From positions 176,144,001-176,208,000 of the forward strand of contig NC_086097.1 in assembly GCF_963921235.1 (NCBI RefSeq): DNA of 64,000 nucleotides. Direction: 5' to 3'. The position numbers and the translations under genes are program-made. This DNA is from Mobula hypostoma (taxonomy: Eukaryota). The notes beneath the pieces were generated by a model, which had not been told where the DNA came from, made no database searches, and saw nothing but the letters and a program-made list of their open reading frames with translations. Position 1 is the stretch's first letter, and every line of letters begins with the position of its first letter. This document shows, piece by piece, positions 23,910 to 35,854 of this stretch.

Positions 23910-25550
23910 AGGAGGGGTTAAAACCAGTTCCAGTGCGGATCTGGAGAGACATGGGAGCGTGTCAGTCACTAATACTGAAGAGTATATTAGAGTTTAGCTC
24001 AGAGACCCAGACTGGGGAGGTCAAGGTCAAAGGTGTTGGGGAAGGGACAGAGTCAGTTCCTTTGCACCCGATACACTTACAAAGCAACCTGGTCTCTGGA
24101 CTAGTCACGATCGGGCTGAGGTCCGAATTACCGATGAAAGGCGTGGAGGTCTTGCTCGGTAATGACCTCGCCGGGGGAATCGTGTTCGAAGCAGTGAGAT
24201 TGATAGGTCAGCCTGCCAGCATTGAGGCCCCGCCCATGGACTCACAGGTTCATCACGGGACTGCGGTAGTAAATTTAGCTGAGACGTTTCTGCCAGCCTT
24301 GTACGAGAAGGGGGTAGAAAGTGAAAAGAAGGAGTGTAGTGAAACAAGAGGTAGTGAGGGAGCTGAGACAGACTTAGCATTAGCCAGGAAAGAATTTATG
24401 CAGGCGCAGGAGCGAGACGAGGGGCTGATGGTTTTGGCAGAGACAGCTTTGTCTGACACAGAATTAACAAGGGAACTAGTAGGCTATTGTGTGGAGGAGG
24501 AAGTGCTAAGGAAGAAAGGGAGACCAAGTACCGTACCCGCAGATGAGGAATGGGGGGTGGTGCAAAAGAGTTATGGGGATGAGATTTTTAACCTGGCCCA
24601 CAAGGTACCCCCCGGTGGACATTTTGCGGTGCTGGAGGAAACAGTTGGTGGAATCAAGAAAGAGGTTTACCGGCTGCCCAGGAGGGACGATGTTATTGAT
24701 TATGGCCGATGCGAACTGAGACGATCACAGGCTTTTGTTATGCTAACAAACCTAGTCGGTGTTAGCACGGAAATCAATGAAGCTAGGGTCCCCCTGATAA
24801 GAGAAAAAAACCATTTTGAAAAGATGAGTATGGTATCGACCAGATGGGAGAAGGCTATTGTCTTGGCCAGCTCTGCTGATAAGGTCTCTCCCTTAATCCC
24901 CGAACAAAGCGACTCTTTAGGAGAAGTAATTAAATGACTCACGCACGTGTGTTTGATTGTCCCGAGGTGATGCAAAGAACTGGGACATTGGGTGGTGTCT
25001 GTTACAATAGGTCAGCATAGTGAGCAATACTCATATAGAATGAGTAATGCAGTGACTAAAGGGCTGACGAACACAGAGGTGTGTATTGGCGATGTAATAC
25101 AGCTGTCTGAAGCCAGCTTGATAGTGAACCTTGAAAAAAATGAGTTCGGCCACACGAAGGTCACTTACCTGGGAATTGGGGTGACACAGGGGCAGCTGGC
25201 AGCGATGCAAGCTATAGTGCAGGCTATCTCTGACATCTCAACCCCGACAGACAAGAGGGCCCTCAGAAGGCTCTTGGAGATGGTGGGGTACTGTAGGAAG
25301 TTTTGCAATAACTCTGCGGTTACTACCCCTCCCCCTCCTACTAAGCCCTTGCGAGAGAAAACTGAGTCGGAATGGGACGACCCGTGTTATTGTGGTCCGG
25401 GACGAAACCCAATGAGAGGTTACATTGATCACAATTCATCAGTGTTTTTGGCCACTATGAAGTTTGCTAAGTTGGAGCCTGGTCTAAGGGATTATTAATA
25501 ACACATATAAAAGGAACAGAAAATGTGATGGCTGACTGTCTGTCAGGTGT
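23870..25550 (+). pseudogene. Element B pol remnant in the order protease, integrase-Zn, RT, RNase H
   Basis: Protease: RIWRDMGACQSL...LLGNDL. Integrase-Zn: EIFNLAHKVPPGGHF. RT: VNLEKNEFGHTKVTYLG...LRRLLEMVGYCRKF. RNase H: YIDHN and HIKGTENVMADCLS at ~25503-25545. Confidence 0.78.
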
Positions 25551-27639
25551 TGACAACTTCAAACTTGCTGTATTAGTCAAATAGCTGATAAAGATGTATA
25601 TTTGTGTGTATCAAATAATGTATTCATGTTTGTAATTTTTACCCCGGTAAAAATCCTTAAAGGGGGGGAAGTGTGACAAGAATACACATAGATTAAGATG
25701 TTAGCTGTACTGTGCTGGCACCAGTGGAATCAGCAGTTGGTCTGCCACCTGTCTTCAGGAGAGAGAGATAAGGAAAACAATGGAGAGGCATTCGGAGATG
25801 TTAATTAAGGGGAAGGAGAGCTGTCAAGAGCAGCTCCCCCTTTGAACCCCGAACTGTTTGAAGTGATGGACAGGCGATACCCCAGCAGGGGGATAAAAAG
25901 GGACAGGTTTGCTAAGGCAGGACACACACACGACACCCGAGGTAACGAGACCCTAGAAGCGGTGCGTCTCTCACAAGTCGGTGGGAAGTTTTTGGACGGC
26001 TGATCGCGGGATCAAGCCATAGACGCTCAGGGTGGAAAGGCACGATCGGCGGGAACCTGGTGTGTGTCCACCCTTGCCTGGGTGCCAGGTTCACCGCAGA
26101 GAAACGATCGTATCTGGAAACGGAGGGGTCACGGTCGGTGACCTCAGATGACATCACAAAGGACTCACCCGAAAGCTGACTGCGAAGGTCTGTGTGGAAG
26201 CCTTGCATATTCATTCGTTTTGCTCTCTCTCTCCTTCCCCCACTGTCCATCGCCACGGCAGCGATTAATGTGAACTGAACTGAACTAAATTGAACTGAAC
26301 TTGGCGTCACTTTGAAACTGGTCATTTACCCCTAGACAACGATAGAGCTTGATTGATCCTGTTATCTTAATTCTGTGTACATGTATGTTTATCATTGCTG
26401 AACTGTTGCATTCATTATCCTTTTGATTAGAGTACTGTGTTGCTTGTTTCTTTAATAAAACTTTCTTAGTTCTAGTAATCCAGACTCCAACTGAATGATC
26501 CATTTCTGCTGGTTTGGCAACTCAGTTACGGGGTACGTAACATTAGATTCATAAAGTCTATCATTTAATTGCATATGGTGTACTGTCTGAGATTTTGCGT
26601 TGTGGGTTTGTAACTGGGGGTTCATTACACAGCATCCACACAAACGTGATTACCCAGTTTGGCAGGGCCGAAGGCTGATTCCCCTAGACGAAGGTGAGCT
26701 GGGCGAGCCTGAGGGTTACAGAAGCAAGTGGGAGCTTCGTCTATAGCAGTGAGAGGTTGAAAATGCGCTTGAATACTCCCGCTAGTTGTTTGGCACAAAT
26801 TTTCAGAGCCTTACCAGGTACTCCAGTGGGACCTTCTGCCTTGAGAGCATTCACCATCTTTAAAGACAGCCTAATATCGGCCTCCAAGACAGAGATCACA
26901 GTGTCACCGGGTGCAGCAGGGATCTTCACAGCTATAGTAATATTCAACCTTTCAAAGTGTGCATGGAAGGCTTTGAGTTCATCTAGTAGTGAAGCATCGC
27001 TGCCATTCACACTTTTGGATTTCGCTTTGTAGGAAGTAACATCTTGCAAATCCTGCCAGAATTGTTGTACACCTCCAACCTCATTCAAAATGCTCTCTCT
27101 GCCCTTGAAACAGACTCTGCAATTCATACCTGGTTTTCTGGTACAGACCTGGGTCACCAGACTTTGAATGCCACAGATCTAGCCTTCAGCAGACGATGTA
27201 CCTCCTGGTTCATCCACGGCTTTTGGTTTGGGAATGTACAGCAAGTCTTTGTAAGCACACACTCATCCACACAGGTTTTAATGAAGCAAATAACAACTTC
27301 AGCATTTTCATCCAGATTCAAAGATGAGTCCCTGAATACTCAATGGTAGAGAGGACTTTAGCTGTGATAGACTGTGCTCTATCCATTATTTCTTATAGGC
27401 TTTTCAGTTCAAGTGCACAGGTGTTTCCATACCTGGACGCGATGCAACCAGTCAGTTTCCTCCCCACTGTGTATGTAAAGAAGTTGCCAAGGTTTCAGAT
27501 GTTAATCTTTACAATTACAAGGAAGTAAAGGGATTGTTCTGCCTTCTTTGTAATTGCATTTATGAGCTGGACCCAGGACAGATCCTTTGAAATGATAATG
27601 TCATAGAATTTAAATTTACCCACCCTCTTCAACCAGGCT

Positions 27640-29082
27640 TCAAGAAGGTGGCAATCTGCCTCAGTCCAGGAGCACATATTCACAGTGATGAAGTGCTTTG
27701 AAGATTGGTGACGAAACATATCAACTCCTGCCTGAGAAGTGACTTGGATCCACTCTGATTTGTCTATTGGAGCAACAGCTCCACAGCCAATGCCATCTCA
27801 TTGGCACTTCGCTCAATCCTGGAACATCTGGGCAGCAAAGATGCATACATCAGGATGTACTTTATCAACTACAACTCAGCATTCAACTCATCATACCCTC
27901 AAAACGAATCAGTAATCTTCAGCACCTTGGTCACAGTACCTCCTTGTGCAACTGGATCCTTGATTTCCTCACTTACAGACCTCTGCCAGTTTGGATTGCT
28001 CCTCCATCATCTCCATTAGCACAAGTGCTGTGTGTTTAGTCCCCTGCTATACTCCTTTACACTTATGACTGTGTGGCTAAGTAGAGCTCCAATGCCATAT
28101 TTGAGTTTGCTGACAATACCACTGTCGAAGGCTGAATCAAAGGTGATTCCACCTTTGATTTAGCATTTAGGAGGGAGATTGAAAATCTGGCTGAGGGGTG
28201 CCATATCGATAACCTCTTAATCAATGTCAACAAGACCAAGGAGCTGATTGTTGATTTCAGAAGGATGAAACCAGATATCCATAAACCAGTCCTCATCAGG
28301 GGATCAGAGGTGGAGAGGGTCAGCAACTTTAAATTCCTTGGTGTTATTACTTCAGAGAACCTGTCCTGGGTCCAAGATGTAAGTGAAATTATGAAGAAAG
28401 CACGGCAGCACCTCTACTTCTTTAGGAGTTTGTGAAGATCCGGCATGATATCTAAAAGTTTGACAAACTTCAAGAAATGTGTAGTGGAGAGTATAGTGAC
28501 TGGCTGCATCACGGCCTGGTATGAAAACACTAATGCCCTTGATTGGAAAATCCTATAAAAAGAAGTGGATACAGGCCAGTCTGTCACGGGTAAAACCCTT
28601 CCCACCATTGAGCTCATCTACATGAATCGTTGTCGCAGGAACACAACATCCATCATCAGGGACCCCAACCACCCAGGACATGCTCTCTTCTCACTGCTGC
28701 CATCTGGTAGAAGGTACAGAGCCACAAGACTTACACCACAAGGTTCAGAAACAGTTGTTACCCCTCAACCATCAGGCTCTTGAACCAAAGGGGATAACTG
28801 CACTCAACTTCACTTGGCCCATCACTGAGATGTTCCCACAAACTATGGAATCACTTTCAAGAACTCTTCATCTCATGTTCTCAATATTCGCTATTTCTTT
28901 CTTCCCTTCTTTGCACAATCTGTGGTCTTTTGTGCACTGGCTGAATGCCCAAATCTTTCATTGATTCTATTATGGTTATTATTCTATTATGGATTTATTG
29001 AGTATGTTCTTAAGAAAATGAATCTCAGGGTTGTATATGGCTGCATATATGTATTTTGATAATAAATTTATTTAGAACTTCG
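27640..29082 (+). mobile_element. Degenerate Rex1/Babar-like LINE
   Basis: YIRMYFINYNSAFN, LCNWILDFLT and HPGHALFSLLPSGRRYR, followed by a 3' UTR. Confidence 0.85.
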
Positions 29083-29694
29083 AGGTTACTGACCCTCTCC
29101 ACCTCTGATCCTCAGATGAGGAGGGGCTCAGATGGCTCATTGGCTTCCTATTTCCTCCTCCTGCGGCCAAGAATCAGCTTTGGTTTTTCTGATATTGAGT
29201 GAGTGGTTGTTGTTTTGGCACCATTCAGCCAGATTTTCAATTTCCCTCCTATATGCTGATTCATCACCACCTTTGATCCAGCTAACAACCATTGTATCAC
29301 CAGTAATTATGGACCCTCACCATCCGGGATATTTGTTATTTATTTATTTTGTGATTTACAGACGTTTTTGTGTCTTGCACTGTACTGCAGCACAAAACAA
29401 CTGTTTTCATAGCATATGTCAGTGATAGTAAACTAGATTCCGATTCTGAACAGCATCTTTCAAAAGCACTTCACTTACTGTAAATTACATTATGTGGTAA
29501 TGAAGGTTGCTGCGAGACCTTACCTCATTGCACAGCTTCCAAAGGTCAGTTTGGTTATAGATAACTTTGAGATGCTGCAAATGTTATTAAAACTTTTCCA
29601 AGCATTTCTGGTGCACTGGCAAATACTTCCTAAATATTTATGCGAGCAGATCCTTAATTGAAAATATAATGCAAATGATGGACTGTTTTTTCTT

Positions 29695-30335
29695 TGTCTG
29701 CTGCAAAAGGGAGGATGTTCCAATGACTACTCATTTCAATTTGACTTCCAATTCCCATTCTGACATATCAGTCCACGGCCTCCTCTACTGTCATGATGCT
29801 GCTAAACATAGGCTGAAGGAGCAACACCTCATACTCTGTCCAGGTAGACTCCAACCTGATGGCATGAATATCGATTTCTCCAACTTCTGGTAGCTTTCCC
29901 CCTCCCTTCTTCTCTCGTTTCCATTCTCCATTCTGGTTATGCTCTTACCCCTTCTCTTCCTGTCACCTATGCATCGACCTCTGGTTCCCCTTCTCCATTT
30001 CTTTCTTCCATGCTCCACTCTCCTCTCCTACTAGATTCCTTCTTCTCCACCCTTTATCTCTTCTACTCATCACCTCCCAGCTTCTTCATTCCTCCTCAAC
30101 ATATCCACCTCCCCCTCACCGGGTCTCACCTATCACCTGCCAGCTTGTACTCCTCCACCTCCCCCCATCTTCTTATTGTGGCCTCTGCCCCTTTCCTTTC
30201 TATGCACTTTTTTCCTGGCAAAGTGCCTCGTTCTGATTCATTTGTTGTTCATTTGCCCCATAGATGCTGCCTGACTTGTTGACTTCATCCAGCATTTTGC
30301 CTGTATTGCTCAAAGTTTGTAATACCTGCAGAATC
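29695..30335 (+). mobile_element. Degenerate PLE (GIY-YIG C-terminus plus pLTR)
   Basis: THFN...HGLLYCHDAAKHRLKEQHLI...LQPDGMNIDFSNF, then a pyrimidine-rich tract and catagatgctgcctgac. Confidence 0.82.
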
Positions 30336-30799
30336 TTTTGTGTTAATAATTTTCCAGTCAGACAGCTTTTTGATGGGTTTAGATACTTTTCCTGTCCCTG
30401 AGGGCCCATCAGCTTTTTTGGGAATTTACACAGCTGCATTGAAGCCTCAGGTAAAGTCAAAAAACAGGGCTAGGCAAGTGTTCACCCTGTCAGGTTCTGC
30501 AGGTCACCAAATAGGAATAGCACACAGCATGAACAATCAGCAAAGTTAACACTTAACGACCACACATACAGGTTAATTCACAATTACATCTTGTTGATTG
30601 ATTAATATTAGAAGTTAGCTCTGAGATAAGACTGAATCAAATCTTACCCAACAATGAAGGCTCACATAGAACAATACAACACAAGAACAGGCTCCTTGTT
30701 ACGCAATTTTATGTTAAACGAATTAAAGAAGTAATTAACTGCCTGACTGAACTAATCCCCTGGACCAGGTGGTCCACATTCCAGAGTTCTGAAAGTGGT

Positions 30800-31115
30800 A
30801 GGTAAGAATGATCTTTCAAGAATCACTAGATTCTAGCATGGTTCTGGAGGACTGGAAAATTGCAAACGTCACGCCATTCTTTAAGAAGGGAGGGAGTCAG
30901 AAGTAAGGAAATCATCAGATAATTCACTTGACTTCAGAATAACTTAGACAGTTTGGGAGAATGGGAAGAGAAGTGGCAGATTGATATAATGCAGGGAATT
31001 GTATGGTCATGCAGTTTGGTAGAAGGAATAAAGGTGTGAACTATTTTATTAATGGGGAGAAAATTCAGAAACCAGATTTGCAAAGGTAGTTGGGAGTCCT
31101 CATGCAGGATTGCCT
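30800..31115 (+). mobile_element. Degenerate CR1 RT fragments
   Basis: EDWKIANVTPFFKKG-like and WEEKWQ-like remnants. Confidence 0.7.
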
Positions 31116-32134
31116 AATGCAGGGTTTCTCATCCGGGGTTCTGTGGATCCTTATGATCCCACGAGAGGTCACTTGGGGCTCTGTGAGAGATCGTGATTAA
31201 GGAAAATAAACACTGTTCTTTGAAGCTCCATGCTGGTGCTTGCAGTGGTTGACAGTGACCGAGCAGCCCCGTTAGCAAGCTTGGTGGAGATCTCTCAGCC
31301 CATTACGGCAGTGCGCAGTACCACTGTGTTTACTTTGTTGAGCCCATTCTCAGTTTTTGACACGAGATAAGGGAGGCCGTTGATAATTGGTGAGTTCTGT
31401 GCTGCATGGAGGGGAGGATGGTAGGCTGACAAGAACCGTGAAATGCATTTTCTGATCAATAAATGGATTCTCCTAACTTGGACTGTGACGTCGGCCTCTG
31501 CCTCCTGAATTACCTCCCCCAACTTCCCCTTACGCGCCGCCAACTTACTCATGGGAGAGAACAAACTCCGATCAACTAGCAGCTCACCGATAGAGTAGCC
31601 CTTTAGTACTCAAAGTTCTTGGAGTAGAATTGCCTTTGGATCATTAAAAACAAATTTTGCAAAGACGAAAGCACCCTTGGTTGGCCCCCAAGAGGTTGCT
31701 GCGTACGCATGCACTGCTATCTTACCTGAAGCATCTGCAGAATCTCTTTTGATATCAGTAGCTTGCTGTAACGTACCTGTGATTCCTATGAGAAGCAGAC
31801 GTGATCATACCAAGTTAATGTTCCTGACATTTAAGAAGTTCTGAACCTGGCCAGCCCAATCCACCGCAGTCCCAACTAAACAAACGTATCAGAGCACATC
31901 CAAACCTGACAAATACAGTTGAATTGCCTTACCAGACTACAGCTGGTGCAGAGGTAATCTGTAGCAGAAAAAGTTGTAAAATCCTGTATAAATTCAAAGT
32001 AATTATTGTGCTTCAGTTTATTTTGATACATGATTTCTTGAAAGTGGAGTCACAGGTAGACAGGGTGGTGAAGAAATCATTTGGAACACTGGCCTTCATT
32101 AATCAGGGCACTGAGTATAGAACCTTATAGAAAG

Positions 32135-32435
32135 GGTAGCATAGTAGCGTAACGCCTAGCTTAATGCTTAACAGCACCAGTGATCAGAGTTCAGTTCCCA
32201 CCAGTGTCTGTAAGGGGCATACACATTCTCCCTTTGACTGTGTGGGTTTCCTGAAGTTGCATGGATTAGTAAGGGTTAGTACGTTGTGGGCACACTATGT
32301 TGGTACTGGAAGCACGGCAACAACTTGCGGATGCTCCCAGCACAGGTTCAAGACTGTGTTGGTTGCAAAGTAAGCAACACATTTTGCAGAATGTCTTAAT
32401 GTACGTGTGACAAATAAATTAATCTTTAATCTTTT
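32135..32435 (+). mobile_element. Degenerate tRNA-derived SINE within an old CR1 (32030-32820, 33515-33750)
   Basis: Box A/B-like head (tagcgtaacg; gagttcagttccc). Similar to the SINE at 45661. Ends in aataaa and a (ttaatct) tail. Confidence 0.55.
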
Positions 32436-32821
32436 CTAGGAGTTGGGAAATTATGTTGCAAAAGTACAAGATTTTGTAGGCTGCACTAGGAGTATTGTGT
32501 TCAGTCTGGGTCACTGCTGCAGGAAAGATGATATTAAACTTGACAGAGTGCAAAAAAAAACTTACAAGGATGCTACCAGTATTCAAGGGACTGACTTATA
32601 GGGAGAGGTTGAATAAGCTAGGATAATTTTCTTTAGAGTAAAAAACAATAAAGAGACCCATAAAGATGGAGCAAAGTGAAGGAATAATCAAAGATGTTGA
32701 GGGAAAAAGTTCCAAAGAATTAGGAGTATAAGTAGTAGACATGTATAAAATCATGAGGGTCATAGCTAAGGTAAATCACTCAGTCTTTTTCCAAGTTTGG
32801 GGAAACAAGAACTAGAGGGCA

Positions 32822-33510
32822 CATAGAACATAGAATAGTACAGCACAGTACAGTACAGGCCCTTCGGCCCACAATGTTGTGCCGACCCTCAAACCCTGCC
32901 TCCCATATAAGCCCCCACCTTTAATTCCTCCATATATCTGTCTAGTAGTCTCTTAAACTTCACGAGTGTATCTGCCTCCACCACTGACTCAGGCAGTGCA
33001 TTCCATGTACCAACCACTCTCTGAGTAAAAAACCTTCCTCTGATATCCCCCTTGAACTTCCCACCCCTTACCTTAAAGCCATGTCCTCTTGTATTGAGCA
33101 ATGGTGCCCTGGGGAAGAGGCGCTGGCTATCCACTCTATCTATTCCTCTTATTATCTTGTACACCTCTATCATGTCTCCTCTCATCCTCCTTCTCTCCAA
33201 AGAGTAAAGCCCTAGCTCCCTTAATCTCTGATGATAATGCATACCTTCTAAACCAGGCAGCATCCTGGTAAATCTCCTCTGTACCCTTTCCAATGCTTCC
33301 ACATCCTTCCTATAGTGAGGTGACCAGAACTGGACACAGTACTCCAAGTGTGGCCTAACCAGAGTTTTATAGAGCTGCATCATTACATCGCGATTCTTAA
33401 ACTCTATCCCTCGACTTATGAAAGCTAACACCCCATAAGCTTTCTTAACTACCCTATCCACCTGTGAGGCAACTTTCAGGGATCTGTGGACGTGTACCCC
33501 GAGATCCCTT
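32822..33510 (-). mobile_element. Young 5'-truncated CR1 3' fragment
   Basis: Uninterrupted RDLGVHVHRSLK...RPHLEYCVQFWSP...TRGHGFK (ORF 32889..33602), with a (ttctatg) tail. Confidence 0.93.
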
Positions 33511-34110
33511 GGCTCCTGTTTAAGTTGTAAGAGGAGAGATTTAGTAAGAACTTTTTTACACAGGGGTAGTAGATACGTATATGGAATGAGCTGCAATAAC
33601 AACTTTTAAAAGACATCTGGATGGATAAATGGACAGGAAACATTTTGAGGGATATGGGCAAACACGATGAACTTAGATGGGTATCTTGGTCAACATGGAC
33701 TACTGGTCAGAAGGGCCTGTTTCTATGTTGTACGGCTCAATTACTCTATTGCCTCACCTTTGTTTTTTTATGGTATCTGATCTTCTATTCAAATGACTTT
33801 TCCCATTCCTGGAGTACCCACCTAGTAAATACTCCTTTATTCTTTGTTGACCTTTTCCTTCTGAATCAGCAATTCTTGATATTCAGCTCCTTTTCCAAGC
33901 TTTCAATCCCTTTGAGGCCTGATCTCTTCATAGTCACCAGGCTTCCTTCTGTTGTAGCCCTTGGTCATTCTTGTTTCATATTGTTCCACCACTGGCAGCA
34001 GCTCATGAAGGGCATAGAGCTGGGACAGGAAGACTTGAGTTATAAGGAGAGACAGGATAGGTAGAGACTGTTCTCCCTGGAGGAAAGGAAGGTGAGGGTG
34101 ACCTTTTGAA

Positions 34111-35854
34111 CTATTCAGTTGTCTTTTAACAGCAGTAAACCATTCAGTAGTCGTTTCACCATTCATTCAGTAGTCGTTTAACAGTAGTAAACCATTCAGT
34201 AGTCGTTTAACAGCAGTAAGCCATTCAGTAGTCGTTTAACAGCAGTAAGCCATTCAGTAGTTGTTTAACAGCAGTAAACCATTCGGTAGTCCATTCAGTA
34301 GTTGTTTAACAGCAATAAGCCATTCAGTAGTCATTTAGAAGCAGTAAACCATTCGGTAGTCATTTAACAGCAATAAGCCATTCAGTAGTTGTTTAAGAGC
34401 AGTAAACCATTTGGTAGTCATTTAACAGCAGTAAACCATTCAGTAGTTGTTTAACAGTAGTAAACCATTCATTCAGTAGTCTTTTAACAGTAGTAAACCA
34501 TTCAGTAGTTGTTTAACAGCAGTAAGCTATTCGGTGTTGTTTAACAAAAGTAAACCATTCAGTAGTCGTTTAACAGTAGTAAGCCATTCCGTAGTCATTT
34601 AACAGCAGTAAACCATTCATTCAGTAGTCTTTTAACAGTATTAAACCATTCGGTAGTTGTTTAACAGCTGTAAGCCATTCGGTGTTGTTTAACGGCAGTA
34701 AACCATACAGTAGTTGTTTAACAGCAGTAAGCCATTTGGTAGTTGTTTAACAGTAGTAAGCCATTCCGTAGTCGTTTAACAGTAGTAAACCATTCATTCA
34801 GTAGTCTTTTAACAGTAGTAAACCATTCAGTAGTCGTTTAACTGTAGTAAACCATTCGGCAGTCGTTTAACAGCAGTAAGCTATTCGGTAGTCGTTTAAC
34901 AACAGTAAACCATTCATTCAGTAGTCTTTTAACAGCAGTAAACCATTTGATAGTTGTTTAACAGCTGTAAGCCATTCGGTGTTGTTTAACAGCAGTAAGC
35001 TATTCGGTAGTCGTTTAACAGCAGTAAACCATTCGGTAGTCGTTTAACAGCAATAAGCCATTCAGTAGTCGTTTAACAACAGTAAACCATTCATTCAGTA
35101 TTCTTTTAACAGTAGTAAGCCATTCCGTAGTCGTTTAACAGCAGTAAACCATTCGGTAGTCGTTTAACAGTACTAAACCATTTGGTAGTCGTTTAACAGC
35201 AGTAAGCCATTCAATAGTTGTGTAACAGCAGTAAACCATTCGGTAGTCCATTCAGTAGACCTTTAACAGTATTAAACCATTCAGTAGTTGTTTAACAGCA
35301 GTAAACCATTCTGTAGTTGTTTAACAGTAGTAAGCCATTCAGCAGTCGTTTAACAGCAGTAAACCATTCTGTAGTTGTTTAACAGTAGTAAGCCATTCGG
35401 TAGTCGTTTAACAACAGTAAACCATTCATTCAGTAGTCTTTTAACAGTAGTAAACCATTCAGTAATTGTTTAACAGCAGTAAACCATTCGGTAGTTGTTT
35501 AACAGCAGTAAGCCATTCGGTGTTGTTTAACAGCAGTAAACCATTCGGTAGTCGTTTAATAGCAGTAAACCATTGGGTAGTTGTTTAACAGCAGTAAACC
35601 ATTCGGTAGTTGTTAAACAGCTGTAAGCCATTTGGTGTTGTTTAACAGCAGTAAACCATTCGGTAGTCATTTAACAGTAGTAAGCCACTCCGTAATCGTT
35701 TAACAGCAGTAAACCATTCGGAAGTTGTTTAACAGCAGTAAGCCATTCGGTAGTCGTTTAACAGTAGTAAGCTACTCTATAGTCGTTTAACAGCAGTAAA
35801 CCATTTGGTAGTTGTTTAACAGCAGTAAACCATTTGGTAGTTGTTTAACAGCAG
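34111..35854. repeat. 29-bp minisatellite, about 60 units, consensus cagcagtaaaccattcggtagttgtttaa
   Basis: Head-to-tail units with point variants and recurrent ttca-duplicated units. No unique spacers. Confidence 0.97.

Larger units (their letters stand above)
21589..26542 (+). mobile_element. Gypsy LTR element B, Gmr1-like, internally deleted (non-autonomous)
   Basis: LTRs 21589-22463 and 25672-26542 (TG...CA, about 98% identical by eye). Imperfect TSD taag/ttag. Degenerate Pro-like PBS at 22468-22488. PPT aaagggggggaag at 25659-25671. Confidence 0.93.
13982..26720 (+). mobile_element. Gypsy LTR retrotransposon A (PNMA-like gag, protease, integrase; RT-RNaseH absent) with three nested insertions
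   Basis: TG...CA termini and 4-bp TSD gaag (13978-13981 / 26721-26724). Paired LTRs, a PBS, and a PPT at ~21162-21174. Confidence 0.93.
21175..26720 (+). repeat. 3' LTR of Gypsy A (21175-21588 plus 26543-26720), interrupted by element B
   Basis: Follows the PPT ggtggggggagaa. Homologous to the 5' LTR and ends gagggttaca. Confidence 0.9.
7795..27340 (-). mobile_element. Rex1/Babar-like LINE (host of the nest), in pieces 7795-7936, 8614-8801, 12873-13981 and 26721-27340
   Basis: (ctgatt)n tail at 7795-7810. RT ORFs 13181..13666 ([13 protein letters not shown]) and 13735..13956 ([16 protein letters not shown]). 26741..27157 ends ...IFNLSLL and joins ..[15 protein letters not shown] across Gypsy A. 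Confidence 0.88.
7640..27630 (-). mobile_element. Old Rex1-like LINE 3' remnant split into 7640-7794 and ~27340-27630 by the nested stack
   Basis: The left piece ends ...ccttgtatgtagat. The right piece resumes ctcaatggtagagaggactttagc. Together they give contiguous Rex1-like RT C-terminal sequence. Confidence 0.6.

Noticed and set aside
30358..30450. Plus-strand 93-bp candidate exon (ttttccag...cag|gtaaag)
   Set aside because: It is isolated, on the opposite strand to the other candidates, and its peptide is unrecognised.
34111..35854. CRISPR-like periodic array
   Set aside because: Units are contiguous with no unique spacers, there are no cas genes, and the context is eukaryotic. It is a minisatellite.
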